The notes beneath the pieces were generated by a model. It did not search any database. It saw only the letters and a program-made list of their open reading frames with translations, and was not told where the DNA came from. A stretch of DNA of 60,059 nt, counting the filler, from Sphacelaria rigidula (Eukaryota), in the NCBI GenBank assembly GCA_964200075.2. It is 9 parts of 9 records of this genome, joined end to end, with 100 filler letters (N's around TTAATTAATTAA, not from the genome) between each part and the next. Parts side by side here need not be neighbours in the genome. Positions count along the whole stretch, not along the records: positions 13,371 to 19,955 come from CAXNAA020019211.1; positions 20,056 to 26,639 come from CAXNAA020019212.1; 7 more parts are not named here. One strand, written 5' to 3'. This document shows positions 14,154 to 25,610 of the stretch, in pieces (the stretch's first letter is position 1; each line of letters opens with the position of its first letter). The translations under genes were made by a program, and so were the position numbers.

Positions 14154-14261
14154 CTTCATAGCCGTGGGAACGCATGCAACAATGGCGCTAGGCTGTGACG
14201 CACGAGGCACTCCATACAGACTGATGTGCTCGCACAACTCTGCCGCCACCTCGTTCAGTTC
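14154..14261 (-). CDS. Exon of stromal processing peptidase-like M16 protein
   Basis: AG acceptor, AAG|GTGAGG donor. ELNEVAAELCEHISLYGVPRASQPSAIVACVPTAMK contains the SPP motif 'PxAIVACVP'. Confidence 0.9.
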
Positions 14262-14504
14262 CTTTTCACCGGAAAAAAAAAAGGCAAAACAGGAAAGCAG
14301 GCAACAAGTTTTAGAGGGCCGTACGAATGACGATCACTCTTTGTTGGTGTAACTGATTCGTACGGTACGAGTCAATTCTTAGGCTTCGCTTTCAGCGTCG
14401 CACTTCACTCTGGCCATGCGCACCTAAGGCACTACTAAACACCGACAAAATTCGAATACTTGATGACCAACGTACTGTAGCTAGCGTCATGATCCAGCTT
14501 CATG

Positions 14505-14750
14505 GCGTAAGACTCGTCCACGAGGCATTTGGCGTTTCACAGTCATGATCCAATCGCTTCTTTACGTCACATTACAATGCACAGGTACTGCGTAGTCCTG
14601 TTACCTCTAGCTTACGAGACTCGTCCGCGAGGCATTTGGCGTTTCACACTCATGATCCAATCGCTTACATATGTCACATTACAATGCACTGACACTGCGT
14701 AGTAGTGTTACCTCTAGCGTGAGAGATTCTATGACGAGGCGTGTGGCGTG
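14505..14750. repeat. ~107-bp tandem duplication overlapping an exon end and its splice donor
   Basis: 'cgaggcatttggcgtttcaca.tcatgatccaatcgctt...gtcacattacaatgcac...ctgcgtagt..tgttacctctagc' occurs twice, plus a partial unit. Confidence 0.85.
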
Positions 14751-14821
14751 GTAGGTCTGGTCGGTGTCCATGAACGTGTGCCCCGAAGCCACAGTGTCCA
14801 TAAGAAAGTTCAGCTGCTCGC
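14712..14821 (-). CDS. Exon of stromal processing peptidase-like M16 protein
   Basis: ttttcAG acceptor (phase 1, compatible), GAG|GTAACA donor. (G)EQLNFLMDTVASGHTFMDTDQTYHATRLVIESLTLE matches SPP 'LxFxMxxxAxxHTxMD...xTLE'. Confidence 0.9.
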
Positions 14822-16413
14822 CTGAAAAAGATGAACAAACACACACAAGCAGACGCACACAAAAGCTTGAAAGGACATCAGGTAACTATAATAATGCATA
14901 CATTTTGTCATCCTCTCATCTCCAGCACCCCCGCCCCGCCCCCGCCCTCAGATCACCCCCTGTCGATATTTGGCTTCGAATCTATCGTTTTATCAAGTTG
15001 CACAGCACGCCCATTTATCTGAACGAGTGCATGCCAACTGTTGGTACTGAAGTGAGAGCGGGAGGACCCCTGGCCGTTTTTTTAGCGCATGCTAACTATC
15101 GCCCACTCAGCATCATCACCCCTGGCCCCGTGATGAAGTGGTGCAACTGTGGCTTCGATTATAGGCAGATGCGTTCGGGTTCCCCAACTCCGAGAAAAGA
15201 AAAAAAAAGTGCCGGATTTCTGTCGTCGGAAACACGAGGACGCGGGTGGCATTCTTCTTTTTTCACGACGGGTCGACGAGGTGCGGGAGTGGTTATCTAA
15301 TCCGTCGCACCAATTTGCACGGCCGGTACCGGAGACGAGGTGGATGACATGGTTGATCCCTCAGAACCACGAACGCGTCCCGAGGAAGGGGAGGGGTTGG
15401 AAGTGTGAAGAGAGGGGAAAACAAAAGAAGAGAAAGTCCGGAATAATTCCGTCACAAACCAGAGGTTGCAACGTCCAGGGCCGTCAATCGAAGAATGCTG
15501 TCTGCTCATATCGGTTGTTGATTACGTCCTTAAACCCACTTTTATGGCGAACGACACTCGACTTTTTGAGACCCCGCTTTTGCAAAAATCGGGGGGACCG
15601 CTGTATGCCACAGAGAGTACAGTATCACAGATTTTTGAAACGGTTCTGTGCACAGAGGGTCATTTTTTGCATGAGTGTGGTACTGCGTACTCGTGCATGA
15701 AGCCGAAGAGCAGGCAGGCGGTAAACAACCCTTCGAACACAGTAGTGTCGCACCTTGATACCCTAGGGAAATACAGTGTAGGACACTTCATCAGTACAGT
15801 ACATGATAATGCCGTGTGGTAGTACATGATGGCACAGTCGGTATTGCGACAACAGAGAGCAAACAGTGCGCGAGCAGATGTCAGTGGTGCAGTGCCGTAC
15901 ATCACCCCTCAAGTACAGCGACAACAGCTAGGAGAGTACAGTAGCGTTCGTTACAGTGATACATATGGCAGCGCAGCGCAGTATTAAGTATTACTATTGC
16001 CGTTGGGCACGGCGTCAGCGCTTATTATCCGCTTATCAAACCCCGTGCGATTTTGCTTCAGCAGCTGCGGCGGGCAGTAGGCATGCCCTGTGCTGTCACG
16101 AGACTGTCTTCTGCTGCCGTTGCAAAAATACCAAACGCCTCGTACTCTAGCAGTGTACGTCAATGCGCGTACGTCACCTACAAAAAAATCGGGGGAAGTC
16201 ACGATCTCGGAACGGTTTCCCCCGATTTGGTCGGAATCCGTGTCCATAACATGCGTTCCCCGATTTTTTGTTCCCCTGATTCGGAAAAAATCGAGATTCG
16301 TGCTTGCCATAAAACTGGTCTGCTGCCCTGAATCTCTTGAATTCTCTATTTTTTTCAATCGGTCGTTTTTTTTGTGCTTTGCTTTTGTTGACTTTTTTTC
16401 ATCATTATGATTA

Positions 16414-16996
16414 CGAGCTGGGCCAGCTGACACTGATTTTTGAACGAAGAGTGGAGACGCCATTGGAAATTCAAAAAGTTAGGCGCTGAAATTTTGACAT
16501 GACATTTTTGTTATCAACTCGCGCAACCCTATTAGTGGTGCAGAGGGAAAATAAAAGAGGAAGCTAAAGCGAGTTCAAGTTTCAGCGAAACAGGAAAAAT
16601 GGTCTAACTTCCTCAAAAAAATTGATGAAAACGACGACAACGCTCCAAAACATACGGGCACTCGCGTCAACGACATCCCGGTAAAGTTTCGGCCAAAAAT
16701 ACCTCAAATTGAGCTTCGCGTCGCACTTTTCGTGTGACACGGCTGCGCCCGTTTTATTCAAGTGATGCAAGGGACTCCAATTATGGAGGTGATGATTTCG
16801 AATCCCGATATATTCTCTTTTTTTTCGTCCACCGTTGAGGTTATATATTATGCTATACATTTTTTCGTCATTTCTTTCCACTTAGCGGCGGTGCCGTATG
16901 TTACCAGATTGCTCTGCACTTCACAGCGGTGTGCCCAAGTCGCGCTGATTTGGAAAACTTGAAAGCGAATGCGGGATTTACTGCTGGCCCAGCTCA
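16414..16996. mobile_element. Tc1/mariner-like MITE (TIR CGAGCTGGGCCAGC, TA flanks) in the peptidase intron
   Basis: TA|CGAGCTGGGCCAGC ... GCTGGCCCAGCTCA|TA. The same TIR pair occurs at 49676-50117, and a lone right end at 710-725. Confidence 0.7.
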
Positions 16997-17251
16997 TATT
17001 ATCATTATGATAATGATTATTACGTCTGAGGCCGCTTCTTTTAGACCGAAAAAAAATCTCTCTGAGAACTGCCCTTTTAAAAATTCATCACGAATTATTG
17101 GCGGAATACGGATCTTGGCGGGTTGGGCCTCCTCGGAAAGATTTGCTATATTTTTCACGAGGATTCCAGCGCGCTTGTCCGATCTCTGGCACGCCCAGTT
17201 TTACTTTTGGCCGGATTCTCAACTTTTTCAGTCGCCCCAAAAACCTTCCAG

Positions 17252-17253
<2 letters not shown>

Positions 17254-17306
<53 letters not shown>
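17254..17306. repeat. (GT)n microsatellite
   Basis: Uninterrupted GT run. Confidence 0.97.
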
Positions 17307-17307
<1 letters not shown>

Positions 17308-17747
17308 TCATGCAACGAGTCTATCGAGTGACGACATCTGAGTGAGTGGTAGGGAGCGAAGACGCCCTCCGGATCGACACGAGCATCATACTGCGTATAC
17401 TACAGTAGGTCATACACCAGTTCGCCTACAGGGATCTTGCACGGCATGTGCGCCATTCAGTGCTTCCTCAAAGTCGTTCGTATCCACGTGTCTGCTCCAT
17501 CAGCGTTGTGTTAGGCCTCAGTTAGATAAAAAATGAGTCAGTGAGCCAGTCAGTGGTGAAGAAATGCGTTTAGCAGTTATTCGTCATGAAATACATCAAT
17601 CAGTTGATCAATCGTACCGAAATGAATCCATCCATCCACCCGTCACAATCAACCGAGTTGAGTACCACCGAGTCACATCAGCCACTCAAGGCAAACAAAC
17701 ATCCATGCATCGAGCCATGTCTCCTGTCTCACGTACGGCAGGCTCAC

Positions 17748-17868
17748 CATTGCTGATGCGGTTTCCTTGAGCCGCCAGCTGCCTAGCGTCCGTCAGGATA
17801 GCGCTGGAGAACCGATTCAGTTCCGCCTTGCTCAGGCCATACATGCCCAGCCGTCGTACCTCCCGAAC
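17748..17868 (-). CDS. Exon of stromal processing peptidase-like M16 protein
   Basis: gtAG acceptor, G|GTGAGC donor. VREVRRLGMYGLSKAELNRFSSAILTDARQLAAQGNRISN matches the M16/SPP pattern 'EVRRLxxxGxxxxELxR'. Confidence 0.9.
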
Positions 17869-18401
17869 CTACCGACGCCAATGGATCATGACACACAGAC
17901 ATAATAACGTGCGTCGACCGCACACAGATCAACAGAACTTTTTGAGAGAACACGCAAAGAAACTGGAATTAAAACAACGAGCTACACCCAGGGTAACGAC
18001 GAAACTAATCGAGCTTACCGAGGCGCATCAGAAAGCCCCATCGTATATATCCACGGGCAGGGGCGTGTAGTGAAGCCCGTTCCTCAAAGAACGTACGGAT
18101 CACGGTGATGAAACAAAATGCTCATGAATGAAGATCCTGGACAATAGATTACATCGTCGAAAAGTGTACGGCGTACAGTATCGCCTATTGCGTCTGTTGC
18201 AATAGACAAAAGACTCCGTAATGTATGCAGTACACTTTTGACAGCGTAATATATTGCCATTATCCAGCGTGTGCCATCTATACCCACCCGCCTCGCCCCG
18301 ATGAATGTAGTCAGCGGTACAACTTCAATGATTAGGCCCATCTATGCACACTCGCATTTTTTGCACCCTACCTTTGTTTTCAACATGACTACACAACGTA
18401 C

Positions 18402-18470
18402 CGCGAATCTGATGGCTTCCCTCCACTTGGCAGGCTCCGCGGTCATGTCGAGGAAGCACACGGCACACCC
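18402..18470 (-). CDS. Exon of plastid stromal processing peptidase-like M16 metallopeptidase
   Basis: AG/GT bounded, 23 codons GCAVCFLDMTAEPAKWREAIRFA, resembling plant SPP 'GCxVxxLxxTAEPxxWxxAVxxA'. Phase 0 join to the next exon. Confidence 0.88.
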
Positions 18471-18674
18471 CTGTCGTCACACACGTGATTAACAGGTCAC
18501 CAGGTCAACGCAACATCAACACACATTCAAACAATTTTTTCGTGAAATTGAGAGCAGAGGATACGATGGACAGTGAGAAGCGGTCAATTGGCGAATAAAT
18601 CGTTTCAATTCCGAAATGACCCTCCACCAGCGCCGATACGCTCTCTGTAGTAGCTCGCCACTGAAGCCCTTGAT

Positions 18675-18945
18675 TTTTTCTTCCTCTTTCTTTTCTTGTT
18701 TTAGATCGGCCATTTCTTCCTGTGCTTTGCTTTCGCTTACTTTTTTTTTTGTTACGTCTTAGTCTACCATGTCGTTCCGCTCGACTTTCTTCTTTTTTGT
18801 TCCTTTTTTTTTTAGCGAGTGTTTTAGTTTTGATTTTGTTGGGTACGTCTATCGTGAGACCACGCCTGGACCCATGAGGGATCAGTTAATGTGCGACAAT
18901 CAATCAAATCAAATCAAATCAAATCAAATCAAATCAAATCAAAAC
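18675..18945 (+). mobile_element. Non-LTR retroposon 3' fragment with (AAATC)n tail, inserted in a MITE
   Basis: T-rich body ending aatgtgcgacAATCAATCAAATC..., flanked by a duplicated ctctgtagtagct(c/t)gccactg(a/g)agcccttgat. Confidence 0.65.
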
Positions 18946-20619
18946 AAACCCAAAATGACCCTCTGTAGTAGCTTGCCACTGGAGCCCTTGATATCCCTGA
19001 GTACGATATCGATATGTAGCAGGAAAAAAAAAGAGGTACACACAGAATAAACGATTGGTCAATTTCAAGCGAATAATAACACCCACTCTCAATCAAAGTC
19101 TCCTCTACATCTCACGAAAATGTTGTTTTGAGCGTCCGGCGGGCCGTTCCAGCATGGAGGTGCTCAAAATTTAGTGTATATATGTAAGGGCTAGTTTGTA
19201 TATGACAGCTTGGACCAAAGCATGCCAAGCAAGCTAAGGCGTTGTTGCTGTACTGCCTCTAGAGCTCCCCCAGTGCCGACCGAGGGTCTCCAAAAAGTAA
19301 CCTGTAGTCCATTCGGGCAGTACACTCGCTGCCGCCGTTCTCCGAACAGCTGTGGTGGTCATCTATGAGGGTGCCTGGGGTTGCTTTCTTGTTTTCGAGT
19401 TGAACCCGAACATGGTGGCCATGCAAATCTCCTTGTGTCACCTGTCTTTTCCTGTTTTGTCCTTTATTATCTTCTCTCTTCATGTCTTTCGGTGTACATT
19501 TTTGACAGATCTGGCGTTTGTTGTTTGTGTGTTTGTTTGTTCTTCCCTTATTTTTTCTCCCCGTTGAACTCGGGGGAGCTACTTCTCACCGGTTTTCGCG
19601 GGGTCCCTCTTCTTATTTTCATTTTTGGTAATGCATCTTTTGAGGAATAGCAGGAAACGGTATTGGAAAGGCGAGCCTACGTCTGTGACCACGGGTTCGC
19701 GAGATCGGACTAATGTGCGGAAATAATAATAATAATAATAATGTGAGCCACGCATCGCACGGGCCACCTCTTTCGTGACACGCTTGATTGTCTTCCATCA
19801 TGTTCCAGCCAACGCTTCTGCTGTCAAGAGTTTATATCCCTACACGCCTCCTGGTCAACGCGTTTATACTCAACTTGACCGTACCACACTTTGAGGGCGG
19901 GGCGGGGGGAGGGGGGGGGGGAAAGGAGGACCCATCTGTTGGTTGCCATAGTCAGNNNNNNNNNNNNNNNNNNNNNNNNNNNNNNNNNNNNNNNNNNNNT
20001 TAATTAATTAANNNNNNNNNNNNNNNNNNNNNNNNNNNNNNNNNNNNNNNNNNNNCCCCCCCCTCGGTCCGAATCTCATTCATCCGCAAAGAGGCACCTG
20101 ATGCACGAAACCCAAATGTAACGGGGGAAAAACTAATAATGAGAGTAAGAAAAAAAAAATACAGGTGTGTCGAGGTGTAATCAACGAAACACGCACTCTT
20201 CGCGGTGTATCGTTCTCCTCTACACGAGGAGTCTCTTTCCACGACACGATCTTAGTCCATCCTCAGGAAGCGAAAATGTTGTCAAAATAGATTTAGTGCT
20301 CTTTGAAAACAAAATATATATGGTCCCCACCTTTTTTAAACTCGTCCGCACGAAGTTGACGCCAAAAAGATTGGCAATCTATTTTCTATCTAACAAAGAG
20401 CACGAGAAAAAGAGAGGCAGACAGGCAGCAGATGAGAGAGAGAGAGAGACATGATGAGACAGAAAAAAAAAGATAGACAGAATGGGAACGATAGAGGTTC
20501 TCAACAGAACCGAAATCATGAAGCGTCACACCATGAGTGTGCGAAATTGGAAAGAAAAATAAATTAAGCGATGTTCAAACTTTTCCGCTGTACACTGCTG
20601 TTTCGCCCTTATCTCGACA

Positions 20620-20673
<54 letters not shown>

Positions 20674-20900
20674 CACACCCCACAACCCCAAACTCTTCCT
20701 CCCATGTCCGCCCNNNNNNNNNNAAAAAAAAACAATATCCAATGTTTCATCTTCTCCCCCTTACCCCCCCTTCTCCCCCTTTTCTCCACCCCCCCCCCCC
20801 CCCCCCCCATTTCCTCTCACTACACTCCGTCTTCCCCAGTTACAAATCGCCGAAAAAATGCTGTCTCTACGGTAGTTCTCCGAAGCAAGAACGAGTGCGT

Positions 20901-23378
20901 CTATTCCGCGCTCGGCGATCCCGGCGGCGTCTGCGCGAACATGTCCGACGGACGCTGTCTCGTCTCTCCACCGTAATCACCACCGTCTCCTTCCATTCCC
21001 CCTCCTGCGTCTCCACGTATGTTCGCCCCGAGGCCAGTTAACGCAGCGGCATCGCCTGTGGAGCTTGTATTGTTCCCGTTGTCGTGACTGCCTGCGACTG
21101 GAGGCCCCTGGGGGGGAGTGAACGGAGGCGTCTGCAGCATGCCACGTCCTGCCGTGGTCTCGTCCATCAGGACCGGCGATACAGGAGGCGCTCGTCCCGA
21201 GCGGATCCTCGGGAGGGCCGACGGGGCTGCCGACGGGGCGATGTCCGCCGCATTCCTCGCGTAGGCTGGCGGCCGTTCATGTACCGACGGGGGAGCAGGG
21301 GATATCATTGTGTCCCCGGCGGGCGATGGGGGGAGTGATACGAACGGTATTGGATACTCACCAGTGTTGCCAGAGAACTGGGAAGAGTGAGAAGACGACT
21401 GTGGTTTCGAGTACTTCGGGGATGGCGTGGAGTTATTGTGGGCAAGTCTCCTGGCCCAGCGCTCCGCCATAGATGAAGGCCCCTTGCTGCCGGCAACGTC
21501 CGGGGGCGTGTTGTACACTCCTAGTTGCTCCTTATCCTCCTCTGGAGTCGTGGAGAAGAACGTGCTGTCGTCTCCGATCCCTCCAGGAGCCGCAACTTTG
21601 ATGCCCCCGGCGGGGACGGTAGAAACGGTCCTCTCCGGAGACGTAACCACCATCGACGCCGCCGCTGCGGCAGCAGGGGCGACTCGAGCACGTCCCTTGG
21701 CGTCAGCCGCGATGATATCGCCTGCGCCAGGCCCAGCTCTAAGAATCTTTTCTCCCATGAATGACATGTCGGATGATTGCGAATCGTACCTTGAGCCGAC
21801 GGACGTGTTAGACTGCATCGCCGTACCTCTGATCTTTTCTCCCATGAGTGACATGTCGGATGATTGCGAATCATACCTTGAGCCGACGGACGTGTTGGAC
21901 TGCATCGCCGTACCTCTGATCTTTTCCCCCATGAGTGACATGTCGGATGATTGCGAATCGTACCTTGTTCCGGTCGACGTGTTGGACTGCATCGCCGTAC
22001 CTCTGATCTTTTCTCCCATGAGTGTGGCGTCGGATGATTGCGAATCATACCTTGAGCCGACGGACGTGTTGGACTGCATCGCCGTACCTCTGATCTTTTC
22101 TCCCATGAGTGTGGCGTCGGATGATTGCGAATCATATCTTGAGCCGACGGACGTGTTGGAGTGCATCGCCCTACCTCTGAGAATCTTTTCTCCCATGAGT
22201 GTGGCGTCGGATGATTGCGAATCGTACTTTGTTCCGGTCGACGTGTTAGACTGCATCGCCCTATCTCTGAGAATCTTTTCTCCCATGAGTGTGGCGTCGG
22301 ACGATTGCGAATCGTACTTCGTTCCGGTCGACGTGTTGGAGAGCATCGCAAAAGGTACGGATGGCGAAGTCGGCGTAAGAGTTCGCGCGGAGAGCTGCTT
22401 CGCCGAGCTTTGCGCCAAGGGCATCGGCCTGCTACTAGAGCTAGCAGCCGCTTCAGTTGCAAGAGTTTCTTGTCCACGACTCTCATGCACCGCCCCCGCT
22501 CTGCTGAGATTGCTGGCGCCGCGGCCGTCTCCTACCACATTTCCCCCCCTCATTGGGTCGCTATATACAGCAGTCGCGGGGGATACAAAATCAGCAGAGC
22601 TCCCCCGAGCAGCGGTGTCCGAAGACGGTAGAGACGCTGAGGACGACTTCGGCGCAGCACGCACAGCCGAGCCATGGTCGTCAAACCCGCCACCATTATT
22701 ACCAACACGACCACCGTGGTCGCCCATATCGTCCAAATCGTCCAAATCAAACTTGCTAGACGACGACGATGACGGCGACGACGGCATCTCGACCACGACC
22801 CCAGGCTGCCTCTTCTGCACGCCTTCATTCTGCGCCACCGGCCTTTCCATAGAAACCTGGGAGTAGTGCGGGAGATTACTCAGCTTGCCGCCGCCGATAC
22901 TGCCCGCCAGATCCCATGTACTTTCCCGTTGTTCGCTGCTGCCCGTTGTAGCCTGCGGTCGACCTGTGGCTGACCTCGGCAGAGCCAGCATATCATCGTC
23001 TGCAACAGCAGTGGCGGTGGCGGTGGCATTGACTGTATCCCCCGCTTCCCTTACTATTATCATATCGCTGCCGCTGCTTTCGCCGCTGCTAATGGATGTT
23101 ATCGACGGGCGATGTTGCCCGGGGTGCGACGGTAACTGGTCTTTCTCTTCGTCCGCGGAGCCGTGAGAATGGTTACTGGGGAGGTTGCTTTGTAACCCGA
23201 AACGATCCGATGGAGTGCGGTGTTGTTGCCCGGTAATGCTTCGGCTGCTCGGGGCCTCGGGCAACGGTGGCCGTGCCGTCGTCGCCTCGCTTGTGGAGTC
23301 CGAAACGTCGCCCGGAGCTCTTGATGTAGAATATTCGTCGGGTTCAATGACCGGCGCCCCAAGGCTTGCCATTCGTGC
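20901..23378 (-). CDS. Large terminal exon (825 aa) of a Ser/Ala/Pro/Gly-rich, probably disordered protein with seven 29-30-aa tandem repeats
   Basis: 2.5-kb open frame, acceptor acccAG|GCA CGA ATG, TAG stop at 20901. Repeat unit SNTS(T/V)G(T/S)(K/R)YDSQSSD(AT/MS)LMGEKI(L)RG(T/R)AMQ. No recognisable domain. Confidence 0.8.
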   Translation of the reverse strand, partial: ARMASLGAPVIEPDEYSTSRAPGDVSDSTSEATTARPPLPEAPSSRSITGQQHRTPSDRFGLQSNLPSNHSHGSADEEKDQLPSHPGQHRPSITSISSGESSGSDMIIVREAGDTVNATATATAVADDDMLALPRSATGRPQATTGSSEQRESTWDLAGSIGGGKLSNLPHYSQVSMERPVAQNEGVQKRQPGVVVEMPSSPSSSSSSKFDLDDLDDMGDHGGRVGNNGGGFDDHGSAVRAAPKSSSASLPSSDTAARGSSADFVSPATAVYSDPMRGGNVVGDGRGASNLSRAGAVHESRGQETLATEAAASSSSRPMPLAQSSAKQLSARTLTPTSPSVPFAMLSNTSTGTKYDSQSSDATLMGEKILRDRAMQSNTSTGTKYDSQSSDATLMGEKILRGRAMHSNTSVGSRYDSQSSDATLMGEKIRGTAMQSNTSVGSRYDSQSSDATLMGEKIRGTAMQSNTSTGTRYDSQSSDMSLMGEKIRGTAMQSNTSVGSRYDSQSSDMSLMGEKIRGTAMQSNTSVGSRYDSQSSDMSFMGEKILRAGPGAGDIIAADAKGRARVAPAAAAAASMVVTSPERTVSTVPAGGIKVAAPGGIGDDSTFFSTTPEEDKEQLGVYNTPPDVAGSKGPSSMAERWARRLAHNNSTPSPKYSKPQSSSHSSQFSGNTGEYPIPFVSLPPSPAGDTMISPAPPSVHERPPAYARNAADIAPSAAPSALPRIRSGRAPPVSPVLMDETTAGRGMLQTPPFTPPQGPPVAGSHDNGNNTSSTGDAAALTGLGANIRGDAGGGMEGDGGDYGGETRQRPSDMFAQTPPGSPSAE
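21741..22349 (-). repeat. Coding tandem repeat, 7 units of 87/90 bp
   Basis: Recurring 'atcttttctcccatgagt...cggatgattgcgaatc...acgtgttggactgcatcgcc' with unit length a multiple of 3. Confidence 0.97.
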
Positions 23379-23754
23379 CTGGGTTGTCATATTCAAGTAC
23401 ACAATTAACATGAAGCAGCACATGAATGTGGAGGTTTAGGGGGAGTGTTCCTGTGCGCGGAACTATCCTTGTCCGGCTATTGAACTGGAGGGAAAGACGG
23501 TGTACACACACACACACACACACACGCGCGCGCCGAAGTATACTACTAAAAGTATCGCTGTGTGGGGATTACAGGTTGATGAGTGCAAGCACGAATCGTG
23601 CTACCCTCGCTGCTGTGCCTCTGCAATGTATCACATCGTACTTTGTTATTTTAATATTTGAACCCTCCCCCCCCCTCCCCCCTTCATCACCTCGAACGTC
23701 TCCGAGTATCTCATGCGTCAACAGAAAAATGCTTCATCGCCCTTTACCTCCTAC

Positions 23755-23948
23755 CTCGGATCCTCCTCTTTGCATGGTACGCACGCTAGCGAGCGTATTG
23801 GTGAAGTTGTACCCCCCATCTTTGGGACTGTCCGACGAAGACTCGTCGAAACTCCGGAGCTGTGGCCTATCTTTGAAAATTGCTGTTGGGTCAATAAACT
23901 GCTGAAGGGGGTCGGAAAGGGTCCTTTCCTCCATCTGCCCAGAGGTTC
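23755..23948 (-). CDS. Internal exon upstream of the large repeat-containing exon (unknown protein)
   Basis: aagcAG acceptor, GAG|GTAGGA donor, open frame TSGQMEERTLSDPLQQFIDP...MQRGGSE. Phase 0 matches the acceptor at 23378. Confidence 0.6.
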
Positions 23949-24061
23949 CTGCTTGGTGCGAGCCGAAACCAAGCGGGTGAGGCGGGGGAATGGGTGGTAC
24001 GCGGGTGAATAGTTTCAAGAGTCGGGCGAATTAATGATTCGTCTGGAAATCAATTGATTCT

Positions 24062-24243
24062 AGTGTAGCTTTGTTTTTAGCGTTCAACTCAGGTACGCGC
24101 AGCCCAGGCACGTGGAATGGCGCAAAAACTGCGTGGTGACTTTGTTGACCAGCGGTCAACTTTTTCTTTTTTTGTTGAGCAATCAGACCTGAACAACCGT
24201 GGATTTGGTGGTTCGAACCGGCGATGATTCGCCCGAACCGTGA
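24062..24243 (-). mobile_element. Dispersed SINE-like repeat, family 2
   Basis: Reverse complement aligns with 59532-59710. Confidence 0.7.
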
Positions 24244-25334
24244 TATTTCCCCCCTGAGCGCCGAGTCTAACACCTCCGGGGAATGACACCCTGTTCTCTG
24301 CCCCGGCTTTTATATGGGGAAAGACAGATCCTGGATACACTCACGGAAATCCCCCAGAAATCCCCGTTCGTCGGAAGTGTTTCGTACTATTGACCGTGCT
24401 TAGACGGCGTGACTGTGTCAATCCCTCGTACAGATACCGCGGCGGAGATTTTGTTGATAACTCGGGCGCGGGGGGCGTACCCATGTGTTGCTTGCCTTCG
24501 TCATCTGACTAACGACCACGCATCCCTTGCGAGACGGAGCATGCGGGCGTTCTGGGGGGGCGGGGGAGGGGGCGTGCTCATTTTTTTCTTGCCTTACCCG
24601 TTTGGACATTGATCACGCATCCCTTTCGACATGGGCCGAGCGGAGGGGGGGACGGGGGCAGGAGTGGGGGCGGAAGCCTTGCGGAGCGAAACCCAAGGCG
24701 TGCTCGATGGACCAAGGTCCTTCGACACAGGAGGGCACACTGTTGACATTATTTGAAAGGGTGCAATCCTAAATATGCTTGGTGAAGAGTAGTATGTAAG
24801 TATATACCGAGTGGCTGATAGCCTCGAGCGTGATCTTTCAAAAATACGTTTTTCGTATGAAACGCGTTCTATACTGTCAAGGGTCAACGGCTTCTGGATG
24901 ATGGCTACAAGTGACAAAATTTGCTTGAACAGAGCGGCGGTGTAGTGGGGTGTGGCGTACTTTGTAGCGCACATGATTCAGAACGCCCGCAGTCGATGTC
25001 AGTACACCGGTGATCCTATCGTAGTGCAGCCCGGTGCGGCGGATCCCGCCAGGAAGTTGTCAAATCACTTTGGTCACAAGACCGATCCGTTGTATTATTC
25101 TCATCTACTTTCAACAACAACAACTTTCCCGCCTTTTTAATGCCACAATCGTGCAATTTGTCACAATAACGCGGTCACTTTAGTTCGGCAACGCACCGTA
25201 CCATGTGGTGGGACCCAGCCGTACTGTAGTGCCGCAGTGCTTTTCAACACCGTAATTCACACACACAAGAGATAAGCGGCGATTACTCCTCCATAGATAC
25301 GTGTGGTAACTTCACCCTCTTTTTTTTCTTGGGC

Positions 25335-25610
25335 ACTTTTTACGATAGCACCCCCCCTCCCCCCCCCAAAGTGCCTGGTTTGGGGAGGCGAAATCTTCAC
25401 ATGAATCGAAATGGGAAAAGCGGAACACAACGAGCAGCTGGAAATCCCCACGCTTGGGTTCGGTTTCGCCAATGTCGCCCATGTGCGACGCTTCATGCAG
25501 CCTGAACCCAAACACCAGGCGCTGTACGTCCATCTTTTCGTGACACTTTTGGGCTGTTTTTTTTTTTTTTGGGGGGGGGGGGGGGGATCGTAGAAAATGT
25601 CCTTGGATAC
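25335..25610. mobile_element. ~280-bp MITE (second copy 36745-36997, inverted)
   Basis: Ends ttt(c)tacgatagccccc / gggg(ct)atcgtagaaaa; the internal sequence is shared between contigs 4 and 6. Confidence 0.75.

Noticed and set aside
21427..22866. 479-aa antisense ORF (and a 321-aa alternate frame) over the coding repeat
   Set aside because: A stop-free unit whose length is a multiple of 3 propagates open frames. The minus-strand frame is much longer and has splice support.
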